Under the pieces are notes generated by a model, which ran no database searches, was not told the DNA's origin, and was given only the letters and a program-made list of their open reading frames with translations. A DNA stretch of 64,000 nucleotides, taken from contig JBAZKK010000004.1 in the NCBI GenBank assembly GCA_041650795.1, positions 3,277-67,276 on the forward strand. The letters are read 5' to 3'. Origin of the DNA: Candidatus Omnitrophota bacterium (GTDB taxonomy: Bacteria; Omnitrophota; Gorgyraeia; Gygaellales; Profunditerraquicolaceae). Position numbers and translations under genes: made by a program. Positions 57,172 to 64,000 of the stretch are shown piece by piece; the stretch's first letter is position 1, and each line of letters opens with the position of its first letter.

Positions 57172-58569
57172 ATGCTTCGCACGCACACCTGCGGAGAGTT
57201 AAATGCCGGCGATATCGGCAAGGAGGTGGTGCTTTGCGGATGGGTAGCCAACCGCAGGGACCATGGCAAGCTTATTTTTATTGATATCCGCGACAGATTC
57301 GGCATAACACAGGTGGTGTTCATACCTAAGGATTCGCCTGAGGCGCACATCCGCGCCCAGGAGTTGAGGAACGAATTCGTCATTCTTCTCAAGGGCAAGG
57401 TGAATCGCCGTCCCCAGGGCACGGTAAACGACAAGATACCTACCGGCCAGGTAGAGGTGGCGGCCGCCGAATTGGAGATACTTAACCCCAGCCTTACGCC
57501 CCCTTTTGAGATACTGGACGAACTCGAGGTAACCGAAGAGATGCGCCTGAAATACCGTTACCTGGATTTAAGGAGAAAAAAGGTCCTGGATAATTTCCTG
57601 TTAAGGAACAGGCTTTATAATGTTATTAATTCCTTCCTGCCCGAGAAAGGATTTATTTCCTGCGAGACCCCCCTGTTGACGAGGTCCACTCCCGAGGGCG
57701 CGCGCGATTATCTTGTTCCTTCAAGGCTCAACCCCGGGGATTTTTACGCCCTGCCGCAGTCGCCGCAGTTATTCAAGCAGATCCTGATGGTGGCTGGCAT
57801 CGACCGCTATTACCAGATTGCCAAGTGTTTCCGCGACGAGGACCTGCGCGCTGACCGCCAGCCGGAGTTTACCCAACTGGATATCGAGATGTCGTTTGTA
57901 GAGGAGGAGGACATCTTTTTATTAATAGAGGAGTTTATGCAGTCGGCATTCAGGGAGCTCAAGGGGGTTGATTTAAAATTACCGTTTGAGCGCCTTTCTT
58001 ACCAACAGGCAACAGAAGGTTACGGCAGCGATAAGCCGGACCTGCGCAAGAAGAATAATTCAGAATTCGCCTTTGTGTGGGTTAAGGACTTCCCGCTTTT
58101 TAAGTATAACGAAGAAGAGAAGCGCTGGGAGAGCGAGCACCACCCTTTTACCGCTCCGTTCTGCGATGATATCGCAGATCTGGAGAAGGCCCCCGGCAAA
58201 ATCAAGGCGCGTTCCTATGACCTTGTGTTAAACGGAGTAGAACTGGGTTCGGGTTCAATCAGGATTCATAGCCCGCAATTGCAGGAACGCATCTTTAAGA
58301 TTATCGGTATTGACGAGGCGGAAGCTAAAGAGCGTTTCGGGTTCCTGATGGATGCCTTTCGTTTCGGTGCGCCGCCGCACGGCGGCTTCGCTTTTGGCAT
58401 AGACCGGTTATTAGCTATAATGGCAGGAGAGCTTAGCATACGCGAGGTTATCGCTTTCCCCAAGACCCAGAAGGCCTTTTGCCCTTTGACCGGCGCGCCT
58501 TCAGGGGTCAAGGAGGAACAATTGAAGGAATTAGGGGTAACTGTCAAAAGAAGGAGGAGCCAGGCATGA
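57172..58569 (+). CDS. aspS: Aspartyl-tRNA synthetase, bacterial-type N-terminus but lacking the GAD insertion domain (465 aa)
   Basis: N-terminal OB anticodon-binding domain (RTHTCGELN...[18 protein letters not shown]), class II motifs 1-3 ([15 protein letters not shown]); only ~100 aa between motif 2 and HHPFTAP. Confidence 0.9.
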   Translation: MLRTHTCGELNAGDIGKEVVLCGWVANRRDHGKLIFIDIRDRFGITQVVFIPKDSPEAHIRAQELRNEFVILLKGKVNRRPQGTVNDKIPTGQVEVAAAELEILNPSLTPPFEILDELEVTEEMRLKYRYLDLRRKKVLDNFLLRNRLYNVINSFLPEKGFISCETPLLTRSTPEGARDYLVPSRLNPGDFYALPQSPQLFKQILMVAGIDRYYQIAKCFRDEDLRADRQPEFTQLDIEMSFVEEEDIFLLIEEFMQSAFRELKGVDLKLPFERLSYQQATEGYGSDKPDLRKKNNSEFAFVWVKDFPLFKYNEEEKRWESEHHPFTAPFCDDIADLEKAPGKIKARSYDLVLNGVELGSGSIRIHSPQLQERIFKIIGIDEAEAKERFGFLMDAFRFGAPPHGGFAFGIDRLLAIMAGELSIREVIAFPKTQKAFCPLTGAPSGVKEEQLKELGVTVKRRRSQA

Positions 58570-59126
58570 AAGGGATAAAGTTTTTGGGGTGGGCGGTTTT
58601 AGTCTTTGTTTTTACGCTTTCCGGTTGCGTAGCCAGAACCTACGAGATAACCCGCGACAGAGTGGACCAGGACGTAGAGAGCGGCAACCGCGGCTATCTA
58701 CAGGGTAAGGCGCCGCAGCAAGAAGCCCCGCGCAAAGCCACCAGGGAGGTGCGCGTCTTTGAGTTTGAATTAGGCTCGTCTTATAAGAATAAGGCGGCAA
58801 AGCCAAGGACAGAAGAGATAATTACAGAGACGGATATTGCAAGAACGCCGGTTATGAGAGAACCCCAGACTCAAACCGTAACGGCGCAGGAGACGGAAGG
58901 CGCTATGCAGCAATATACCGTTGGCAAAGGGGATACCCTGCAGAAGATTTCGCAGAAGTTCTACGGGACCACCAAGAAGTGGCAGAAGATCTATCAGGCT
59001 AACAGGGGTGCCCTAAAAGGGCCTGACAAGATTTACCCCGGGCAGGTTATCAACGTCCCGCAGGAGGTCAACTCCGGAGCCGTCTCGTCCGATCTGCCAG
59101 GTGAAAGCACGGAAGGGCTCAAATAA
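58566..59126 (+). CDS. Lipoprotein with C-terminal LysM domain
   Basis: Lipobox LSGC; C-terminal LysM (YTVGKGDTLQKISQKFYG...IYPGQVINVP). Confidence 0.7.
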   Translation: MKGIKFLGWAVLVFVFTLSGCVARTYEITRDRVDQDVESGNRGYLQGKAPQQEAPRKATREVRVFEFELGSSYKNKAAKPRTEEIITETDIARTPVMREPQTQTVTAQETEGAMQQYTVGKGDTLQKISQKFYGTTKKWQKIYQANRGALKGPDKIYPGQVINVPQEVNSGAVSSDLPGESTEGLK

Positions 59127-59168
59127 GGACGCAGGCCGGGATTTTTGCGGCTGGCCGTATTTACGGGA

Positions 59169-60140
59169 ATGGAAAAATTTGTCGCCATAGAAAATCAGCA
59201 GGAAGCCCAGGCCATTTTCGGTCCCCACGATGAGAACCTGAGGGCTGTCGAGAAGGAATTCAAGGTCAAGGCAAGCCTGCGCGGCGAGCGTCTCCTGATA
59301 AGCGGCACGGCCGGCAATATCAGGAAGGCCTCCGGCCTGATTGAAGAGATGCTTTCTTTGATAAGGAGAGGCGAGAAGGAATTCAGCCGGGCAGATTTTT
59401 ATTACCGCTTGCGCAGTTTTAAGGATAACGCAGGTGCCAGGATTGATACGGCTGAGCTGGAAAGGATGGCTTTTACCAAAAGCAGATCCGCCGGTCAGCG
59501 CCTCATTGGACCGAAAACCAAGGGGCAGCGCGAGTATGTTGAGGCAATCAGGAAATACGATATTGTTTTCGGCATCGGGCCGGCCGGCACCGGCAAGACC
59601 TATCTTGCCATGGCATCGGCAGTGGATGAATTGAAGAGGCATCAGGTCCGCCGGATTATTCTGACCCGCCCCGCCATAGAGGCAGGCGAATCATTAGGTT
59701 TTTTGCCCGGGGATATGTATGAGAAGATTTCGCCTTACCTGAGGCCGCTCTATGATGCTATCTATGATATGATGGAAGCGGAGACTATCGAGAGGTACCT
59801 TGCCAGCGGCATAATTGAGGTTGCGCCGCTTGCCTATATGCGCGGCAGGACCTTGAACGACGCTTTTATCATACTGGATGAAGCCCAGAACTGCACCGAT
59901 GACCAGATGAAGATGTTTTTGACCCGCCTGGGTTTCGACTCCAAGGCCGTAATCACGGGAGACATTACCCAGAGCGACCTGCCGGACGGCAAGCCCATCG
60001 GGCTGCTTGACGCGCAGGCAATATTAAAGGATATCGAGGGAATCAGGTTTATCCAGCTGACGGGCGCGGATGTGGTAAGGCATGCCCTTGTCCAGCGTAT
60101 TATCGAGGCCTATGAAAAATCAGACCGCAATAAAAACTAA
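59169..60140 (+). CDS. phoH: PhoH-like ATPase
   Basis: Walker A GPAGTGKTYLA, Walker B ILDEAQN; start ambiguous between TTG 59145 and ATG 59169. Confidence 0.85.
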   Translation: MEKFVAIENQQEAQAIFGPHDENLRAVEKEFKVKASLRGERLLISGTAGNIRKASGLIEEMLSLIRRGEKEFSRADFYYRLRSFKDNAGARIDTAELERMAFTKSRSAGQRLIGPKTKGQREYVEAIRKYDIVFGIGPAGTGKTYLAMASAVDELKRHQVRRIILTRPAIEAGESLGFLPGDMYEKISPYLRPLYDAIYDMMEAETIERYLASGIIEVAPLAYMRGRTLNDAFIILDEAQNCTDDQMKMFLTRLGFDSKAVITGDITQSDLPDGKPIGLLDAQAILKDIEGIRFIQLTGADVVRHALVQRIIEAYEKSDRNKN

Positions 60141-61443
60141 ACTGAGGTATCTGGCAGGGGTGCTGGTGGTTTTTGCCTTAAGTTATATCCTGCGGATTAA
60201 TTTTATCATTCCGCTGTTTTTGATACTCCTGGCTGCCTATTATCTGTCGCTGCTCCCCGCTCCTCAGGACAGAGGCATCTGTCTTCTTAACCTCTCGCTG
60301 CTTTTCGTCATTATATTCACGGCCAGCTACCTTATCGTTAAAAACGGCTGGTCGGTTTATTACATACCGTTTTCAGCGGTGCCGATGCTGGCAACCCTGC
60401 TTTTTGGGAATCTTTGGGTTTCCTTTCTTCTGGCACTGGCCTCGGGCATCTCCGTAGGTTCGCTTGCCGGTATGCATTATTACCTGGCGGTGATTTTTTT
60501 AATCAGCGGCATCGTATCGAGCCTCCTGGTATTGGGGGCGCGCCGGCGCATGGCGATTATACGGGCTGGTTTTATCACCGGGCTGGTGCAGATGCTGTCT
60601 GTTTTATTGGTGGACCGGTTCCTGCCTGCCGACCCCTCAAAATATATCATTCTTATGGTTAACGGTTTGGCCTCGAGCATACTGGTTTTGGGGATACTGC
60701 CGTTTTTTGAATACCTTTTCCGCACCGTTACAGATATAAGCCTGCTGGAACTGGCGGATTTTGACCACCCCCTCTTAAAACGCATGATTATGGAAGCGCC
60801 TGGGACATATCACCACAGCCTTATAGTCGGCAATCTTTCCGAGGCGGCATGCCAGGCTATAGGAGCACATGCCCTCCTGGCGCGTATCGGCGCATACTAC
60901 CACGACATCGGCAAGTTATATAAGCCGGACTATTTTACCGAAAACCAGGATGTGATAAACAGCAGGCATGAGAACCTCGCTCCCACCATCAGCAAGATGG
61001 TGATTATGAACCACGTAAAGGAAGGAGAAGAGCTTGCCAGGAAGCATAAGCTTAATCCGCGCCTGGTGGAGTTTATCCTTCAGCATCACGGCACCAGCCT
61101 TGTTTATTTTTTCTACCGCCGTGCCCTGGAAAACCCCCAGGAACAGCAGGAGGTAAGCGAGGAGGGCTTTCGCTATCCAGGGCCTAAGCCGTCCACAAAG
61201 GAAGCTGCGGTAGTGCTTCTGGCTGATTCGGTGGAGGCGGCCATGCGTTCCCTTAAGGACCCCTCCGCTCCCAAGATAGAAGAACTGGTGCATAGGATTA
61301 TCAATAATAAGTTTATCGACGGACAATTGGATTCCTGCGATTTGACCCTCAAGGACCTGGAGAAGATATCCGCGGTTTTTATACGTATCCTAAGCGGGAT
61401 ATACCATAGTCGCGTCACCTATCCCGAAGGCCCCAACCATTAA
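60112..61443 (+). CDS. 7TM receptor with intracellular HD hydrolase domain (7TMR-HD, PgpH/YqfF-like; candidate c-di-AMP phosphodiesterase)
   Basis: Seven hydrophobic helices followed by an HD domain (HHSLIVGNLSEAACQAIGAHALLARIGAYYHDIGK); conserved phoH-7TMHD-ybeY gene order. Confidence 0.8.
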   Translation: MKNQTAIKTKLRYLAGVLVVFALSYILRINFIIPLFLILLAAYYLSLLPAPQDRGICLLNLSLLFVIIFTASYLIVKNGWSVYYIPFSAVPMLATLLFGNLWVSFLLALASGISVGSLAGMHYYLAVIFLISGIVSSLLVLGARRRMAIIRAGFITGLVQMLSVLLVDRFLPADPSKYIILMVNGLASSILVLGILPFFEYLFRTVTDISLLELADFDHPLLKRMIMEAPGTYHHSLIVGNLSEAACQAIGAHALLARIGAYYHDIGKLYKPDYFTENQDVINSRHENLAPTISKMVIMNHVKEGEELARKHKLNPRLVEFILQHHGTSLVYFFYRRALENPQEQQEVSEEGFRYPGPKPSTKEAAVVLLADSVEAAMRSLKDPSAPKIEELVHRIINNKFIDGQLDSCDLTLKDLEKISAVFIRILSGIYHSRVTYPEGPNH

Positions 61444-61481
61444 CTCAGGAACTTGTCTTACAATTCAAGCCGTTTTTTAGA

Positions 61482-61934
61482 ATGATGGAGATTAGCGTCA
61501 GGAACTTCCAAAGGAGAATGCCGATTAAACAGCCCCTTGTCAAGAAGCTGGTGCGCAAGGTCCTTTCCCTGGAGAAGGTTTCTGCAGAAGGGGAGATTAC
61601 CGTTTGTTTTGTTAACTCCTCCGCAATCCGCGAGGTAAACCTTAATTATCTCGGCCGCAACCTTGCGACTGACGTCATCGCCTTTGACCTCTCCGAACGG
61701 GGCGCCGGCCCATCCCGCAGGCTTATTGCCGATATCATGATATCCAGCGATGCCGCCTTTTCGAATGCCCGCGTTTTTAAGACCGCTCCGCGTTACGAGC
61801 TTTTTCTATATCTTGTCCACGGCCTTCTGCATATACTCGGTTATGACGACCAGAGCCGCGCGGGCCGGCTGCTGATGCAAAAAAGACAGGAGAAGTTGTT
61901 ATCTCAATGCCTATCCATAAAAGCGAAGCCATAG
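61482..61934 (+). CDS. ybeY: Endoribonuclease YbeY (rRNA maturation factor)
   Basis: HGLLHILGYDD zinc-binding motif; ~150 aa. Confidence 0.85.
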   Translation: MMEISVRNFQRRMPIKQPLVKKLVRKVLSLEKVSAEGEITVCFVNSSAIREVNLNYLGRNLATDVIAFDLSERGAGPSRRLIADIMISSDAAFSNARVFKTAPRYELFLYLVHGLLHILGYDDQSRAGRLLMQKRQEKLLSQCLSIKAKP

Positions 61935-62722
61935 TTTTAAAGCGCTATAATTTCCGCGAGACATCCATGATCGCGAATTTCTATACGCGGGATTGCGGAA
62001 AGCTAAGCGGTATCCTTAAGGGCATCAGGAAAGAACCGGCGAAATTCGCCAGCAACATTGAACCATTTTCCTATAACGAAATTATCTTTTACCGCAGCCG
62101 CTTGGGGGACCTGCACCTGGTTTCCCAATGCGACCTGAGGGAGAGCTTTAATAACATCAGGAATAGCATCGATAAGATAACCGCCGCCGGGTTGATGATG
62201 GAACTCGCCGCAGCCATAATGCCTCCGGAGGATAAGAACGAGGCTGTCTTTGATTTAATCCTGGATTGCCTGCGCGCGCTGGATACAAACGGCACGCCGG
62301 AGAAGATTATGACTATCTTTAAGATTAAGATACTGGCGCTTTCGGGGTTCAAGCCGCATTTTGATTCCTGCGTTTCCTGCGATGAAAGGATAGGGGCTGC
62401 GCAAGCCAGGTTTAGCCTGTCGCTCGGGGGGCTGCTTTGCGGGCGCTGCCATAAAAAGGACATAAAGGCAAGGAGTATTTTTCGCGGCACCATCGCTTCG
62501 ATACTCTATATCGAAAGGAATAATCTTCAGACCAACCTTAATCTCGGCATGAACCCGCAGATCAAGAAGGAACTGGGCATCATTCTAAATTCTTTTCTGG
62601 AGTTCCACCTGGGCAAGGAGCTTAAGTCAGAGCGGTTTTTAAACAAGATAGAGGCGCAGCTTAAGGATGGGGCGGAATTTAATGATTCTGCTTTGCATTT
62701 AGAGGGGGCAAGCGATAAATGA
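61907..62722 (+). CDS. recO: DNA repair protein RecO
   Basis: N-terminal OB fold (EAIVLKRYNFRETSMIANFYTRDCGKLSGILKG); zinc finger CxxC...CGRC. Confidence 0.85.
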   Translation: MPIHKSEAIVLKRYNFRETSMIANFYTRDCGKLSGILKGIRKEPAKFASNIEPFSYNEIIFYRSRLGDLHLVSQCDLRESFNNIRNSIDKITAAGLMMELAAAIMPPEDKNEAVFDLILDCLRALDTNGTPEKIMTIFKIKILALSGFKPHFDSCVSCDERIGAAQARFSLSLGGLLCGRCHKKDIKARSIFRGTIASILYIERNNLQTNLNLGMNPQIKKELGIILNSFLEFHLGKELKSERFLNKIEAQLKDGAEFNDSALHLEGASDK

Positions 62723-63663
62723 AGATTGTAATAGTGGGCCCGGGGGCAATGGGTTGCCTTCTGGGGAGTTTCCTTGCCAGGCTCTACGGAGCTTCCGGCA
62801 GGCCAGGGGACAAGCTCTGGCTGTTGGAAAAGAGCGAGGAGCGCGCCGCAAGATTAAACGAAAGCGGCATCTCGATAGAAGGGATTTCCGGTAACTGGCA
62901 TTCCAGGATTAAGGTTACCGCCTCGCCGGCAGAGATAGGCAGGGCGGATCTGGTGATTATCTGTGTAAAGGCCTACGATACCCGCGATGCCATTATGCAG
63001 GCAAAGGCTCTGGTGGATGAGGATACCCGTGTCCTGACTATGCAAAACGGAATCGGAAACATTGAGGTCATAAGCGAAGTAGTGGGGCAGGATAAGGTCA
63101 TTGGTTGCATTACCAGCCACGGCGCTACCCTGCTCGGGCACGGCCGCATCCGGCACGCCGGCAAGGGCGAGACGGTTATCGGAAGGCTCGACGGTAAGAT
63201 ACCGGTTGAGTTGCGCCAGATACGCGAGATTTTTAATAAGGCAGGCCTCGAAACCCGCATCTCGCGCGACATCAAGGGATTGCTTTGGTCCAAGCTCATT
63301 GTTAATGCCGGCATCAATGCCTTAAGCGCAGTTACCCGTCTCAATAACGGCCAGCTCCTGAAATTTGAAACTACCCGCCGGATTATGAGGGAGTCGATAA
63401 CCGAGGCTATACGGGTCGCCAAGAGGAAGCGCATCAGGCTTATTTACGATGATCCCCTTGCCAAGGTAGAAGCTGTCTGCGAAGCTACCAGCGAGAACGT
63501 TTCTTCCATGCTGCAGGATATTCTTAATAAGAAACGCACCGAGATAGATTTTATTAACGGCGTAATCGTGCGGCACGCCCAGGAATTAGGCCTTGCGGTT
63601 CCGGTGAACTCGGTGCTGGCAGATTTGGTCAAGACCCTCGAGCAAAACCAGGGACGGTTCTAA
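62719..63663 (+). CDS. panE: 2-dehydropantoate 2-reductase (ketopantoate reductase PanE/ApbA)
   Basis: MKIVIVGPGAMGCLLG Rossmann fold, catalytic Lys region (LLWSKLIVNAGINAL). Confidence 0.85.
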   Translation: MKIVIVGPGAMGCLLGSFLARLYGASGRPGDKLWLLEKSEERAARLNESGISIEGISGNWHSRIKVTASPAEIGRADLVIICVKAYDTRDAIMQAKALVDEDTRVLTMQNGIGNIEVISEVVGQDKVIGCITSHGATLLGHGRIRHAGKGETVIGRLDGKIPVELRQIREIFNKAGLETRISRDIKGLLWSKLIVNAGINALSAVTRLNNGQLLKFETTRRIMRESITEAIRVAKRKRIRLIYDDPLAKVEAVCEATSENVSSMLQDILNKKRTEIDFINGVIVRHAQELGLAVPVNSVLADLVKTLEQNQGRF

Positions 63664-63695
63664 CCTGGCTTGAGAACCGTCCCTAAGATAATGCG

Positions 63696-64000
63696 ATGGT
63701 TAACAATGAGATTAGCGCGATATTCAGGGATATCGCCGATATCCTGGAAATCAAGGGTGCCAATCGTTTCCGTATCCGAGCCTACCAGCGTGCGGCGCAA
63801 AATATAGACGCCCTCTCCGGAGATTTAGAAACCTACCTTAGAGATAATAGGCTTACCGATATCCCTGGCATAGGCAAGGACCTGTCGGGAAAAATCAGGG
63901 AGTTTTACCAAAGCGGCAAAATCCGCTTTTATGAAGAACTCAAGAAAAGCCTTCCTTCGGGGCTTATGGATTTGCTTCAGATACCTTCCGTCGGACCCAA
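63696..64000 (+). CDS. DNA polymerase X family protein, N-terminal HhH/8-kDa domain; truncated at its 3' end by the window edge
   Basis: ISAIFRDIADILEIKGANRFRIRAYQRAAQNI...LTDIPGIGKDLSGKIREF helix-hairpin-helix lyase-domain signature. Confidence 0.6.
   Translation, partial: MVNNEISAIFRDIADILEIKGANRFRIRAYQRAAQNIDALSGDLETYLRDNRLTDIPGIGKDLSGKIREFYQSGKIRFYEELKKSLPSGLMDLLQIPSVGP

Noticed and set aside
62973-63434. 153-aa − strand ORF inside panE
   Set aside because: It is antisense to a confidently assigned gene and shows no motifs.
1-64000. Search for CRISPR arrays, IS elements, integrases and prophage or defence islands
   Set aside because: Reading the window found no regularly spaced short repeats and no transposase, integrase or recombinase-like translations. 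The only repeats are the 29-mer pair at 44339 and 44574.

Overview
This 64 kb window looks like a compact, gene-dense bacterial chromosomal segment of moderate GC content. About 60 genes sit on the + strand and only two on the − strand. The gene content suggests an anaerobe that uses the Wood-Ljungdahl pathway, possibly from Omnitrophota or a related candidate phylum.

Main contents:
- A partial acetyl-CoA-pathway methyl/corrinoid module (acsC, RACo, cooC, acsD, acsE) with larB directly upstream. No CODH/ACS catalytic subunits are in the window.
- Housekeeping genes: tsaD, tilS, ftsH, folP, pdxJ, acpS, gpsA, valS, nadC, uvrB, coaX, groESL behind a CIRCE operator, guaBA, dnaE, hisS, aspS, phoH-ybeY-recO and panE.
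- A threonine/aspartate-family cluster (hom, thrC, coaB, apgM-like, cstA, lysC, cimA) with no canonical thrB.
- Five tRNA genes: a CAT-anticodon tRNA with an unusual A19:U56 tertiary pair, then Thr, Tyr, Gly and Pro.
- A TPP riboswitch with a terminator expression platform in front of thi4 on the − strand.

No CRISPR array, transposase, integrase or rRNA was seen. The most unusual items:
- A bactofilin fused to a helix-turn-helix (HTH) domain, next to a membrane-anchored HTH paralogue.
- The covarying tRNA.
- A compositionally atypical − strand gene for a secreted protein preceded by a duplicated hairpin leader.
- A truncated cdaR remnant after cdaA.
- Three stand-alone PilZ proteins.
- A possible ApgM-type homoserine-kinase analogue.
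- A GAD-less bacterial-type AspRS.

All calls rest on reading the translations and DNA by eye. No database searches were run.
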